From a virus (lineage: Duplodnaviria > Caudoviricetes), in the IMG/VR virus record IMGVR_UViG_3300034104_005543, positions 51,487 to 115,486 of that record: a stretch of 64,000 nt of DNA, one strand, 5' to 3'. The notes beneath the pieces were generated by a model. The model made no database searches, was not told where the DNA came from, and saw nothing but the letters and a program-made list of their open reading frames with translations. This document shows, one piece after another, positions 10,166-23,400 of the stretch. The number at the start of each line of letters is the position of its first letter. Position 1 is the stretch's first letter. A program made the position numbers and the translations under genes.

Positions 10166-13100
10166 TGGATAATTTTAGCGATTTACAAAAAGATATAGAT
10201 TCTGCTATATATAGCGCTTATCAATTTGGTAATGTAACGGGCGCTCCACAGAATACTACTTTTAATGGAGATGTTGCAGCTCAGATGTTAAAAGAAAACA
10301 TTAAGACTACACCGTCTTTAGTTTCTACATCAGGAGGTGTTCCTTCAGTATATGGTGACTCTCAAATGAATCTAACATTTGAAAGGTACTATATGCACCC
10401 TAATTTTAGCAGATTAGGTTATTCACCTTGGAGAGATAACGATAGACTATATAATGAGAATAGTTCTTGGTTAGATAATACTAGTAGATCTATTAAAGCA
10501 ATGGGTCATATAGCAATGGAATCGTTTGGTTCTAATAAACCTTTCATTTCTACTTTAGATTTATTTGATCCTTTAAACTATGACGAAGAATCAGCAGGTT
10601 CTATATCCAGAATGATGAAATTAGGATATGACACTAGTGGTGGTCTAGGAGCATTTACTAATAACTTTTTATTAAATAGTGGTATTACTCTTGGTATAAC
10701 AGCAAGTGCTCTTGTAGAAGAAGCTGTTATAGCAGGTGCTTCAGCTCTTATGGCAAAAACAGGTGTAGGAATTCCTGCAGCTGTAGGTACTTTAGGTGTA
10801 GGTACTGCAGCTACTATAGGTAAGTTTGCTAGAAACATAGGTAAAGTATTTAATGCTAATGACCTTGTTTTTAAATTAGCACGTAACACAGATGAACTAA
10901 AGCAAGTATATGACTTCAGTAAAATGGGTCGTGCTTTAGATAATAAAGTAGTTGATTTTTTTAACCCTCTTTCTAATACAGCAAAACTATTAAAAGAATA
11001 CCCTGAGACTTTTAAAGGATTAAACGCTCTTGGTAAAACAGCTACTTCTTTTGGTGCTTTTTATGCAGATGCAAGAGCAGCTGCTAGAGTTCTTAATGAA
11101 GCTCAAATGGAAGGAGGACTAGTTCTTAATCAAATGGTTGAGGATGGAATACGAAAAGAGTATGATGCTACAGGACAGTATCCAACAGAAGAAAAGATAG
11201 CAGGTATTAAAGAAGCAGCTCAAAATGCAGCGTTTGCTACTACGATGATAAATCTACCTCTTATTTTCTTTTCTAATAAAGTAGGGTTAGATAATATCAT
11301 AAAAAATCTACCTAAAGGTAAAAATCTAATAAGTGCTTTAGATGATGTTAAACAGTTTGGTAGTTTTAGTAAAATAAAAGGTCAAGGTTATAAGTATCTT
11401 ACTTCACCTTTACAAAAAATATCAGCCGGTGCTAGACCTGTTGAAATAGCAAAATCATTTCTTAACTACACTCGATACAATTTTTCAGAAGCAATTCAAG
11501 AAAATCTACAGGAAGCAACTAGTGCTGGAGTTATAAACTACTATAAAAAGTTGTTTGAGAATCCTATGATAGACCAACATATGCTTTTAAAAGAATCTGT
11601 TGCTTTAGGTATAGGAGAACAATTTACTGGACAAGGTTTAGAAACTTTCTTTAGTGGATTTTTAACAGGGGGTTTGATGGGAGGCATGGGTAAAATAGCA
11701 AATCTGGGTATAAATGTAGGTCAAAGAATATACGATCCTGTAGCTTTTAAAGACTATCAAGATGAAAAGAAAAAGTTAAAAGAAGAACTTGAAGAATCAG
11801 CTAATTACCTTGACAAAAACTTTTTAGACTTAGGTAGAGGTCCTATTGACATGATCAATCCTAATGCTGTCAATGCAGCTCAACAAAGTGCTGCTAGTAA
11901 AACAATGAATGCTTCTAATCAAACAGGAAATGTTAAAGTATCCAAAGATGCTCAACGACTATCTTTGTTTGAACATGTATCTAATGCTATTAAAGGAGGT
12001 TTTTATAACAATATTATAGATGATTACAAAAGTCAACTTGCTGTAGATGACAAAACATTAGCTGAAGCTTTTGGTAGAGATATTACAGAAGTACCTAAAT
12101 TAAGATCTGATATTTCTAATGCAATTGCTGACGCTGAAAATATTAAAAAATTACACGATAAATATAATTTTGGTAATCCTGTAAATCTTAAAAGTGTTTC
12201 TAAAGACGATCCTAAATATAGACAATTATTAGCAAGATATAATGCATTTGAGACTGTACGAAAAATGCTTATAATGTCTGAAGATACTATCAAAGATGGT
12301 GCTTACAGAATGAATAAAATTACAGAGTCTTTGATGACTTTATTACCAGAGTTTGGAGAACTAGATTCTGATGATATTTTAACACTAGTAGATACATTTA
12401 GATTAGAAGCATATAAGTTTGATCAGATTAAGCAAGAACTAGAATTAGCAAAAAGCACTCAAAGTTCTCCTAGTACTACTCCTGAAGATAGAGAAAAAGC
12501 TAGAATTAAAGAACAATATATTAGTCGGAAATTAATTGCTTTAACAGATTTGCATACTAAACTAAAATCTTTTAGAAGTAAGAAAAAGACCAATACAGAA
12601 TTTACCGACGATGAAAGAAGTGCATTGTCTGGTGCATATAACGCATATATTAGTGTACTAAACCAAAATCCAGAAAGAAAAAGTTCTGTTGTTACTACAA
12701 CAAATCTAGATGAATCATTAAATTATATACTAGATTATATATCTTTAGAATCTGAAAATGAATTACTTACTAGTATAATTTCAGTTTTACAAGACCCTCA
12801 AGGTTTTGCTACTACAGTAAATGATACTACAAACTACCTAGAACAAATACTAAATGATACAAGCTTTGTATCTAAAATGGTTAACCGAGGTGTTAGTCTT
12901 TTAGAACACAATGCTATATACAACTTTATGTTTACAAAGTTTGGTGTATATGTAAAAGAATATGAAGATGGTAGTGTTGCATTTGAAAGACCTAGTGCTA
13001 ATGTAGTAGACGCACTTATTCCTGTAGATCCTTTGTCAGAAGAATATGAAGAAATGCTTAACGCATTTTTTGATAAAAAAGAAGCGTTATCTAAAATAGA

Positions 13101-16100
13101 TGCTACTACAGAAAAGATTAAAAAGACAAAAAAAGTTCAAGCAGATAGAGTTGCTAAAGATAAAAGAGATTTTGAAACTATAAAAGCTGCACTTAAAAAA
13201 GAAGATCCTTCTTTATCTGATGAAGCATTAGATAGAAAAAGTCGTTTTATTTTAATGATCCCTCAATTGCGAGATTTGTACATACAAGATTCAGTCCTTG
13301 ATGGTTTAGCTCAAAATATTGAAGATGCAGCATCTACTCCTACAACAAAAGAAGAAGTAGAAGAAGCATTAAAATTACTAGAAGCCGCTAAATTTATAAT
13401 AGTAGAAGACCCTGATACTGGTACCTCTTATTATGTACAGGTAGATGAAGAGGGTAATCCTTTAGAAGAAAGTTTAGAGTGGAAACGAGTAACAAGTCTT
13501 TATAAAACTAAAGAGTTTGGTGGAACAAAGAAGTTTACACATAGAGGTAATATTATAGATGGACTTTTAAGAGCTCTTATTGGAGATAAAAGTTTAACTA
13601 AAGAACAGTTTAAAGAAGCTTATGTAGAATTACAAAAAGAAAACCCAGAAGCTTTTGAATTTACTGATGATAATCTTACAACTTTAAGAAGTACTCTTGA
13701 TAATTTTATAGCTAGTATTGAGTCCCAGGGTTACACTCTTAGAGCTAATATACCTACTCTTTGGGGTACAATAGACGGGCAAAATGTTGCTGGTACTATG
13801 GACATAATTGCAGTCAATGATAAAGGTGAAACTTTATTAATAGACCTCAAAACTTCTAGTTCTAATAGAAGAAAAGCGTATGCTATGGAAGCAGCTCTTA
13901 AAAAAGCAGCTGGTAATAAATACAATTTAGTAAAAGAAAAAATAATAGCTAATGGTAACAAAATTAAAGGTGATGTAAGTAAAGGTGAAAAAAACCTACT
14001 TAATGATTCTGAAATAGGTGATATATTAAATAACTTTCTTTCAATAGAAGATGACAGTAAAATTAAACCATACGTTGATGTAAACGCAATCTTCTTCTAT
14101 AAAGATTCTGACGAAAATCAGTTAAATGCTTATGCTGATTTGTTAGAACAAAGAACAGGTATAAAAGTATCAGGGTTATTTGTGTTACCTTTAACTATAC
14201 AGGATAACAACAATAATAAAACCTATACTAAAATAGAAGCAGCTACAGAAAAAATTAATAATAAAGACAGATATGCTCTTAAAGTAAGTAGAAAACAACC
14301 TATTGCACCTAAAATAGAAACTACAGAAACACCAAAAACTGAAGAAAAAGAAGTAGTAGAAGAAGAAACTCTAGAAGAAGAACCCTTAACAGAAGAAGAG
14401 ATTAAGCTTAGAGATGAAAGAGTAGAGCTTATAAACAAAACAATAGGATTACTTGAAAAAAGGAAAGAGAAAGGAGTACAAAGTATTACAAATGTTGAAA
14501 ACACATTAGAATATTTAAAAGAACTATTAGATGAAACTTCTGAATTAAGTTTTGAAGAAGTTAAAAAAATACTTAACACTATTAAAACTCTTGAAGAAGC
14601 AATATCATCTAATTCTGCTAGAAAATCAAAAAGAGGACAAGCTATATCTTTAAGTATAGAAGAATACAAAAAACAGTTTAGAACTGAAAAGCAGTTGTTC
14701 AATGATATAGCTAATAGAATTAAATATCTTAAAGAAGATTTGCAACAACTTAAGCAAATTGATAAAGATCTATCTGATCAAATTAACTATTATAGAAATA
14801 TGATAGCTAATAAAGACTTTAAAACTTTAAGTTTTGAGGAGATAGAAGAAAAGATTGAGATTATTAACAAGAAAAAATCTGTATTAGAAAAAATAATAGC
14901 TAGTTTACTTAGAGTAATAAAGCAATCCGTTTTTTATCTAAAAGAGTACGTTAAAATCACAACTAAGTCTATCAATGATTTAGAAATATTTAAAAAGAAC
15001 ACTAACTTCAAAAGATTAAATACTGAAGAACTAAAAAAGTTAATCGATGCAGAAGATTCTTCTGCTACAACAGAATACGACAAATTAAGGAAACAAGCTG
15101 ACGAACTTGAAAAAGCTATAGAAAACAATCTAGATTCTATAGAAATAGTAGAAGGCGCAAAACAAAAAGAACAAGAACGTCTTGATGATTTGTATAATGT
15201 TGTACAAAAATACAATAATCAGCTACGGTACCTTAACAATCTACTTACAGTATTGTATCCCGATTTAGCTAAAATCAAATTAGAAAAAGCAACTGCTGGT
15301 AAAACTGCAAAAGAACAAGTTGCTCCTGGAGTTAAAAAAGCACCTGCACCGACTGCTAAACCTAGTCCTCAAAAAACAGAAGCTAGATTAGAAGACGCTA
15401 AAAAAGAAAAAGCAAAAGCTGAAAAACGTACTACTAAACCTAAAAAAGAAAAACCTACTACTACACCTACAGCTCAACCTACTGTTTCTGATAAGAAAGC
15501 TGATGTAAAAGGAAATTTAGCATCACAAGGTACTTCTATAGAACTAGAAGTAATAGGTGAAACTGGTAAAGAGTTTTTACTTACTGTAGATAGAAGTGGT
15601 AACATTAGCTTATGGTCTGAAAAACAACCTGATGGTACTTATAGACCTGGAGAAGGCGCACCAAAAGAAGCAATAGATAAACTGTATAATAAATACATAC
15701 CTGAAAAAACAAGAATAGCTATAACTAATTGGTTAAATGCGTTCACTGGTTCTTGGGCTGCATCAGAAACAGAAGATGGTAAAAAATATGATATAGCTGA
15801 AAAAGAACTTAATGCAGAACTAGCTGCTTTAGAAGGTACTGGTATAGAAGAAACTGATACTACAACTAATACTTCTAATATAGGACCTGTATCGTCTATA
15901 AAACTAGATACTGTCTATCCTATATACAAAGACAATAAACAGGTAGGTTCTGTAGTTTTGCAAAGTGTTAACGGAATACCCGCGTTTGTTTTTACTAATA
16001 GTAAAGGTCAAGTAAGTACTCCTTCAGTAATAACAACCTTGTCAAATAATTTCTTTAATGCTAATGAAGGTTTGTTTGAACATTGGTATAATAATATTCT

Positions 16101-17433
16101 TACTGATGATAACCGTCAGTCAGTGTCGTTGTATAAAATGGCAACTACTGCATCCCAAAAAGATTTGTTTGTAGCTATTTACGGTATAAGTAAAACTGTG
16201 TTTAACAAAAATATAGATTTACTAGAAGATGCTGTATCTACTAATGAAGATATATTAGATACTTTTAAAGGTAAACTTATATATGGTACTCCTGGAGTAG
16301 GAAAAACACAATTTATAACTGAATACAACGCTCGTCCTGAAAGTCAAAGAAAACATACTCTTATAGATGTAGATGATTTACTAGTAGCTAGATTACAAGA
16401 ACTTAATGCTAAATTAGGTTTTGCTGGAGATTTAGAGTTTACAAACGAAAACTTATTTGCTATTATAAACAAGTTTGGGAAAACATTTGGTACTACAGAA
16501 CGTACTAAAGAACTAGATAATCTTCTGTACAACCCGGTATTAGAAATCATAAAAAGTGAAAAAGCAAAAGGTTCTATCCTACTAACAGGAACAAAAAGAT
16601 TTATAAAAGAAGCTGATATTGCTGTACTTAGTGAAGAACGTAGTAATATATTACGCGATAGGATAGTAACGGGTGAAGGAGATGTAAAAAAATACCTTGA
16701 AGCTGAAAACAGATTTACTAAACAAGTAATAATACTAAAACAGGGACAACCATTCAGCGATGTATTAGTTAAAGGTATTGACGCAGTAGAAGCAGATGCT
16801 GCATTTAGACAACTAAAGCGTAATCTTTTTAATAGAATGATTTTTGATGACTTTACTTTAGTTAAACTTATTACAGAATTAAGTAAAGTAAATCTTAGTG
16901 AGCTTAATTCAAACCAACTTGTAGATCTTTTCAATACAATAATAACTAAAGAATCTCCTTTTTATTCTGAGATTATAAGTTTAGATGGTAATATTGACGA
17001 AAAAAGTAAGGAATTATTTAATTACTTCAAAACTTTTTACAATTCTAACGAGACTTCTGTTACAGATCGGAGTGTATTACTTAGAAAAATAATAGATGTT
17101 TTAAGTAACATTGCTCCTAACAGTATATCAATTACAGATTTAAATAATCCACTATCTAATTTTGCAGTACTTAGCTCTGTAAACGGAGACAATATAGAAT
17201 ATAATGTATTTTCTAGTATTGGTGCTGAACCTCAACTAAAATCACAGTCTATTTCTACTTTTGTAACAGCAGTCTCTAAAAACAGAAGTAAGATAATATC
17301 TTTTAGAGAAACAGTTCAAGGCGAAACTGAAAAGATTGATTCACCAGAAGCCGTAGGTAAAAATATAAACAACCTACCTAAACTTGATGAAAAAGATATC
17401 TTTAACAAACCTTGTGGACCTATTAATACTTAA
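10165..17433 (+). CDS. Giant ejection protein: Gly/Ala-rich hydrophobic N-terminal segments, PD-(D/E)xK nuclease domain, coiled coil, P-loop domain
   Basis: 2422 aa; GITLGITASAL...VGTLGVGTAATIG; AGTMD...IDLKT...QLNAY (about 13480-14200); GTPGVGKT at 16285-16308. Confidence 0.8.
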   Translation: MDNFSDLQKDIDSAIYSAYQFGNVTGAPQNTTFNGDVAAQMLKENIKTTPSLVSTSGGVPSVYGDSQMNLTFERYYMHPNFSRLGYSPWRDNDRLYNENSSWLDNTSRSIKAMGHIAMESFGSNKPFISTLDLFDPLNYDEESAGSISRMMKLGYDTSGGLGAFTNNFLLNSGITLGITASALVEEAVIAGASALMAKTGVGIPAAVGTLGVGTAATIGKFARNIGKVFNANDLVFKLARNTDELKQVYDFSKMGRALDNKVVDFFNPLSNTAKLLKEYPETFKGLNALGKTATSFGAFYADARAAARVLNEAQMEGGLVLNQMVEDGIRKEYDATGQYPTEEKIAGIKEAAQNAAFATTMINLPLIFFSNKVGLDNIIKNLPKGKNLISALDDVKQFGSFSKIKGQGYKYLTSPLQKISAGARPVEIAKSFLNYTRYNFSEAIQENLQEATSAGVINYYKKLFENPMIDQHMLLKESVALGIGEQFTGQGLETFFSGFLTGGLMGGMGKIANLGINVGQRIYDPVAFKDYQDEKKKLKEELEESANYLDKNFLDLGRGPIDMINPNAVNAAQQSAASKTMNASNQTGNVKVSKDAQRLSLFEHVSNAIKGGFYNNIIDDYKSQLAVDDKTLAEAFGRDITEVPKLRSDISNAIADAENIKKLHDKYNFGNPVNLKSVSKDDPKYRQLLARYNAFETVRKMLIMSEDTIKDGAYRMNKITESLMTLLPEFGELDSDDILTLVDTFRLEAYKFDQIKQELELAKSTQSSPSTTPEDREKARIKEQYISRKLIALTDLHTKLKSFRSKKKTNTEFTDDERSALSGAYNAYISVLNQNPERKSSVVTTTNLDESLNYILDYISLESENELLTSIISVLQDPQGFATTVNDTTNYLEQILNDTSFVSKMVNRGVSLLEHNAIYNFMFTKFGVYVKEYEDGSVAFERPSANVVDALIPVDPLSEEYEEMLNAFFDKKEALSKIDATTEKIKKTKKVQADRVAKDKRDFETIKAALKKEDPSLSDEALDRKSRFILMIPQLRDLYIQDSVLDGLAQNIEDAASTPTTKEEVEEALKLLEAAKFIIVEDPDTGTSYYVQVDEEGNPLEESLEWKRVTSLYKTKEFGGTKKFTHRGNIIDGLLRALIGDKSLTKEQFKEAYVELQKENPEAFEFTDDNLTTLRSTLDNFIASIESQGYTLRANIPTLWGTIDGQNVAGTMDIIAVNDKGETLLIDLKTSSSNRRKAYAMEAALKKAAGNKYNLVKEKIIANGNKIKGDVSKGEKNLLNDSEIGDILNNFLSIEDDSKIKPYVDVNAIFFYKDSDENQLNAYADLLEQRTGIKVSGLFVLPLTIQDNNNNKTYTKIEAATEKINNKDRYALKVSRKQPIAPKIETTETPKTEEKEVVEEETLEEEPLTEEEIKLRDERVELINKTIGLLEKRKEKGVQSITNVENTLEYLKELLDETSELSFEEVKKILNTIKTLEEAISSNSARKSKRGQAISLSIEEYKKQFRTEKQLFNDIANRIKYLKEDLQQLKQIDKDLSDQINYYRNMIANKDFKTLSFEEIEEKIEIINKKKSVLEKIIASLLRVIKQSVFYLKEYVKITTKSINDLEIFKKNTNFKRLNTEELKKLIDAEDSSATTEYDKLRKQADELEKAIENNLDSIEIVEGAKQKEQERLDDLYNVVQKYNNQLRYLNNLLTVLYPDLAKIKLEKATAGKTAKEQVAPGVKKAPAPTAKPSPQKTEARLEDAKKEKAKAEKRTTKPKKEKPTTTPTAQPTVSDKKADVKGNLASQGTSIELEVIGETGKEFLLTVDRSGNISLWSEKQPDGTYRPGEGAPKEAIDKLYNKYIPEKTRIAITNWLNAFTGSWAASETEDGKKYDIAEKELNAELAALEGTGIEETDTTTNTSNIGPVSSIKLDTVYPIYKDNKQVGSVVLQSVNGIPAFVFTNSKGQVSTPSVITTLSNNFFNANEGLFEHWYNNILTDDNRQSVSLYKMATTASQKDLFVAIYGISKTVFNKNIDLLEDAVSTNEDILDTFKGKLIYGTPGVGKTQFITEYNARPESQRKHTLIDVDDLLVARLQELNAKLGFAGDLEFTNENLFAIINKFGKTFGTTERTKELDNLLYNPVLEIIKSEKAKGSILLTGTKRFIKEADIAVLSEERSNILRDRIVTGEGDVKKYLEAENRFTKQVIILKQGQPFSDVLVKGIDAVEADAAFRQLKRNLFNRMIFDDFTLVKLITELSKVNLSELNSNQLVDLFNTIITKESPFYSEIISLDGNIDEKSKELFNYFKTFYNSNETSVTDRSVLLRKIIDVLSNIAPNSISITDLNNPLSNFAVLSSVNGDNIEYNVFSSIGAEPQLKSQSISTFVTAVSKNRSKIISFRETVQGETEKIDSPEAVGKNINNLPKLDEKDIFNKPCGPINT

Positions 17434-17453
17434 AATTTTACTATATTTACCTT

Positions 17454-20400
17454 ATGAATATAACTGCCACTTCTTGTAATATTACAACGGAAGACTTAGA
17501 AAATTTTGAAGTTCATTTCGTTACACTTTATAAAACAGCTTTTGACGATTTAAAAGAAAATGAAAATTTAAATGTCAAAAAATTCATGCAGAATTACTTT
17601 AAAAGAGTATCTGAAATAGTAGACAATCCTAGCGAAAAGTATGAAAAAGCGTTACTTGCTACTTTAGTAGGTTCTGTAGCTTTAGTAAACACAGCGCGCA
17701 ACCCTATAAACAAAAATTATTTCCCGGATTATATAGTACAGCAACTTGGTAATATTCCTTGGAATATAGTAGATGATTCTTCTAAAGTAAAAGTAACTAA
17801 TTACTTAGATTTAATACCTGCTGTAAAACCCGTTGTAGCTCCTGTAATTAGTGCAAGAGAAAGTGATGCAGATTATGAAGCTTCTTTGTTTGAAATCAAC
17901 ACAATGAATATTGCGTTATTATTTCAACCTACAGATTCTGAATTCTATAACAGTAATGATTTATCCAAAGAAGTAGAACAAAAAAATGGCATAAAAGCTT
18001 TTAGAAAGTTTGTTGATTATTTTTTAAGTAATAGCAATAAAACTGTTCAAGACAAAGACCCTGTTCTAGAAAATATTTACATAAGACTTTTTAAGATAAA
18101 AGATGTTGATTCTTCAAAAATATATGGTAATCCAAAAGGGAGCGAATATGTTTATCTTATAGTAGACTCTCAAGGAAATCCTATTTATATAAACGATGAT
18201 GGTGTTATTGATTCAAGTGGAGCATATCATGCAGCATTTTATTCAAGGATTCCTGATGAAGTTATAAACAACATAGATAAGTATATGGATGGTAGTACAG
18301 ATAAAGTGCTATTAAATTTACTTATTAAAAGAGGAATGGTTTTAAATCCTGAAAAATATAAAGCCAGTACTTTATCTTCATCTACGGATTCTAATGTTAT
18401 AACTCAGATAGAAACTGAAAAAGAACAATATATACAATCGCTTCTTGCATCCACGCGTAGTATAGCAAGATTTATCAAGGATAGAATTCTTGAAGATCCT
18501 GAAAATAATTTTATGGAAATTGATACTTTAAATAGCAGATTTGGTTATTTAAAGTATATATCCAAAAGAGCGGATTTAGCAGAAAAAGGTGATAGCTTTA
18601 TTACAGATGAAAGTGGTAAATTTATAAACGGTGTACAATCTATTGCTTATAAACCTGCTAAAGTATTGGGTAAAAAACAAGATGCTCGTTTAGTTATAAA
18701 TGATAAGTTTAATGTAACAATATTTCTTAGCAATAATAAACTAGGATTTGCAGGAGATAGAACCAACCCTCGTTTACTTCCTATTGTAGATGCATTAGTA
18801 GAATTATTAACAGATGATACTATTTTGTATGGAGGTGTACCACTACCAACCGCTGAAAAAAACGAAATACTAAAACAATTTTACTTTCAGGAAATAACAT
18901 CTGCAAAAGCTCCTATTAAACATAATACAAAAAATTCTAATGAAGCGTTATGGACTGTAACTGTTAGTGAAAAAAATAGCAATGAAGCAACTGTTTATAA
19001 AAAAGGTACTGATAAAGAAATTTTTAAACAGTATCTAAAACAAAGTTTAGAAGCAAATTATTTACTAAACCCTGCTAATGAAACTATTAAAATTCCTACT
19101 ATTATCCAAGACGGTGATATTAAAACTCTTATTTTAAAAGAAATAAGCAGTGCTGATTATATAGCTCAATACTTTAAGTTGCCTATAACTGTAACAGAAA
19201 ATAGCGACAAATTACCAATTCTAAATCCTACACTAGCAATAAATTTTGAGTCTCCTTTTACTATTAAAACAAAAGAAGTAAAAGAAGAGTTTGTTGATGA
19301 CGAACTGTGGATGTCTAAAAACATTGCTAACTTATCTACAGAAAAGCTAAATAAGAAAGCTTTAGAGTGGTTTAATACAAACCCTATAACTAAAAACATA
19401 CCGCTACAACAACTTTTTAATATAGTAAATTCAGGAGCTCTTGCTACTTGGAGCAGAGCTGGTGTTACATTGTACAGCGGTTCTCAATATACCGACCTTT
19501 ATCACGAAGCCTGGCATGAATTTACAGAGATGTGGTTTACACCAGAACAAAAACAAAATCTTCTTTCAGAAGTAAAAAAAATAAAAGGTAAGGTAACATA
19601 CTATTATAAGAACGAAAAAATAACCAAACTAGCTTCTGAAATAGATAGTTACCAAGAAGCAATGGAATTTTTAGCAGATGAGTATAGAATGTTTGCTATT
19701 AATGAAAGCGCTTCTGTAGTAACAAAAACAATTAAAGCAATATTCAAAGCGATAAAAAACTTGCTGGATTCTTTATTTGGTAAAACTACTTCTTTAGATA
19801 ATAGTATAAATACTTTTGATAACCCTGTTATTAAAGAGATTTTTACTACACTATACACAGGTGATGTAAAAAAACTTGAAGCTTACCGCTATGATATAAA
19901 TCAAGGTACTACAGATGTGTTGCAAAGAACAATAGTAGGTGTAGGAAAAAAAGAAGAAAGATATAAGTTTACTTCGCAAGAAAGTATTTTATTACAGCAA
20001 GCTATTAATTCAATAGTTTTTGATGCAGCACTTACACAAAGAGATACTAAAAGTCAGCAAGGAACTATAGTAGGTAGTGTTAGACTTTTATTTAGATCGG
20101 ATAAAGTTGAAAGATTTCATAAACTTATTGCAGAACGTTTTGCTGAAAAACAAAAAACTTTTGAACAACTTGCTAATAATTCTGAAACGACTAATGAAGA
20201 CCTAAAAAAATCATATAGAGAAATGGCATCTTTGTTTGCAGTGGCTTTAAGAAATTTAGGAAGTGTTGAAAAACTTAAAGATAGAACTGAAAATCAAGGT
20301 ATTATTAAATACTATATAGAAGAAAACGAGTTCATTAATGAAATATATAACGACGATGAAGAAGATTTTCTTGCTAAAGATGACGGGCAGTATTCTGATA

Positions 20401-23400
20401 AAGGAAATAATAGTACATCTTTACATAGCGACTTTTCACCGTATCTTAAACTGATGTTTTCCATAATGCCTGCTCTTAAAGTATTTAAAGAAAATACTTT
20501 ATATGTAAATGATAATTTAACAGAAGGTATAAAAAAAGTAGGTGATTATTATTATAGGGTAAACATGCTTTCTGGAGAACAATCAAGTATTGAAGCAAAA
20601 GATTTTCTTAGGTTGTTTAATACCCCTAGACATATTGTTGATGAAAACGGTAATATTATAAAAAGTAGTTCATATGTAGAAAGAGATGCTACAGGTTCTC
20701 CAGTAGCACTAGGTAATGCTAACATAGCTATAAGTAAACTAATAGAAACACCTGGTTTAACAGGTACTCTAAAACCATTATCATTACTTACTATAATTGA
20801 AGCTTTTGCTCAAAAAGGTACTTCTGTTACAGATAAATCATTTTTTGCATCAGTATATGGTATAATAGGAGGTAACGCTTTTACTAAATGGAATTCTATT
20901 ACAATACAAAAAGCTCAGAATCAGTTACAAGAAAAGATTAAACTCTACCCTGAATTCTATAACAATGTCAAAGAACACTTTTATACTTATAGTTCTTTAG
21001 TAAAAAGCTTGTCAAGAGAAAAGGTTCCTCCTATAATGGTTAGTATATCGTTAGATAAAGATAAAAAATACACCATAGAATCTTATATAGGAAACACAGA
21101 ATATATTAGCTTTTGGAATAAAAGAGAAGTTGAATACATTGACTATACTACAAAATTACCATCTGAAGAGCAAAAGCGTTATGGTTTAGTTCAAGTTGGT
21201 ACAGAACTTAAATTTAATGCGCAAGAGTTTTTTAATCATCCGGATAATAATAAAAATTATAATCCTGCAGCAAATAAACAAGATGTTGTATTTAAATATA
21301 CTGACCGTGATAAAATAGTTAATTATCTAAAACTATTAGGAATATTAAATAATAGTATTGTTTATCCTGAGTCATTAATAATAGAGATGCTCAAAGATTC
21401 TACAATCATAGATGGACTAAACGCGCTTAATATAGCTTTATTCAACTATAAACAAAACTTATCAGAAGTACCAAGTATTCTTTCTCTACTAAAAAAAGGT
21501 ATAGCTGCTATACCTGACTTAAAACAATTAACCCTAGTTGAAAAAGTATTTAGCTATGCAAATAAAATAGAAATTACTACTAATGATTATATGTACAAAG
21601 ATGCAAAAGGTGATTTGGTTAACGAGTTTTCGTTACAATCATCTATGATGCGATACGTACAGATGTATAATGATTCTGATCTAAAAGCAGAACTTTATCA
21701 AACACCTGAAGAAAATGCATTCTGGGTTGATTCATTGCTTAACAAAGCAATTTACGGCACCAACCCAAAAAAGTTTAGATTATTTTTAGCAGGAGGTATT
21801 ACTAATGATAATAACACAGGAATATCTGAAAATGATAACAATGTTTTTACTGCTACTATTGAATCAATAATTAATCTGCGTATTCAAAATGCATATAGAA
21901 TGTATCAGCATTCAGGAAAAAGTACACAGTATTTTATTAGTTTAGATAAACAACCTTTTATACAATACAATGCTGCCGACGAAATGGCTAATAATGTGTT
22001 TTACAATCAAATGTATAATTATTTTATAGCAGAAGCAGTTCGAGTCTATCAGACAGAAAACGGTGTAAGTGAAGGTGTAGAAATGTTTAGTAAATACGGA
22101 AAAGAATTTCTCTTTTTTGATTATATAAACGATTCAACCAAAACATTAGTAAAAAAATTAATAGCTGAAAATTATAATTTAGAACAACCTAATGTTACAG
22201 AAGTAATAAACAATGTAAAACAAAGTTTACAAAACTATAAAGCTACAATTATAAGTGAAATAAAAAACGAACATGAACAGCGAATAGAAAAAGCTATAAA
22301 TGCTTTTGCAAAAATTGATAATACTATTTTAGATAATGTTGATAAAGCAATAAAAGATACCGTTGGTGAAGAATCAGATGGAAATGGAAACAAGTTATAC
22401 CGTCATTACTATATGAATAATACTTTGTTTAACATGGAATCTCATATATTTTTCTATGGTGACTTAGCAAACTATCAATTATCAAAGGATGAATTTCCTA
22501 AACGAAATGCTCTTTTAGGTTCTGGTGGAAATCCTGTTTATTCAGATCCTGAATATAGAACTTTAATAAAAAACATTTTTGACTTTAGTGATACTAATGA
22601 TGCTATAATTAATCTTAAAAAGTTACCCATTACTATTCTAGAGGATGTAAAAGTAGGGTCAGAAAATTATAGTGAATATGAAAAAGCAGTAAAAACTATA
22701 ATTCAAGACGCAAAGACAGCTGAAAAAAGAGTAAGTCCTTACAAGGATGGCATGAAAGAAGCAGATGCTCAAGGTATAGTTTTACTAGATACTTATAGAA
22801 TGCTTTCATTAGCTTCAAATAATTGGAGTTCTGTAAAAGAAGATTACTATAATCGCATTAAAAATAATCAGCCTTTACCAATAAATGTTTCTGAATTTTT
22901 TCCTTCTTTAAAGTATCAATTTGCAGGACCAGCAACATATATTAAAGATGAAAAAACAGGTAAGCTTCAAATGTTTACTCTTAAATTTAATATAATACCA
23001 TTAATACCTAGTGTACTTAAAACTAAAATAGGAGAAGTAGAAAAAGAAAGATATCTCAATCTTGTTTCTAAAAAATTGGTTACTGAAAACATAGCAATGT
23101 TAACTTTTGTTTCTGGGTCCAAAAATAGTTTCTTGTTCGATAAAGAATCTAATATTTTCTACGATGATAATGGAAATTTGACAGAAAGTCCTTTTGTTAA
23201 AAACTATATTGATACAACCTTTTTCAAAGATCAACTTTATATAGCTCCTGTTTTTAAAGAAAAATCTTTAGTATCTAGTCAAAAAAGAACTAAAATATTA
23301 GATTTGTTTTATCAAAATGGTAAACTCACAGAAAAATTTGCAAGACATAAAGATTTAGTAGAAGAATATAAAAAATCTATTGCTGATGCAACGGAGATTT

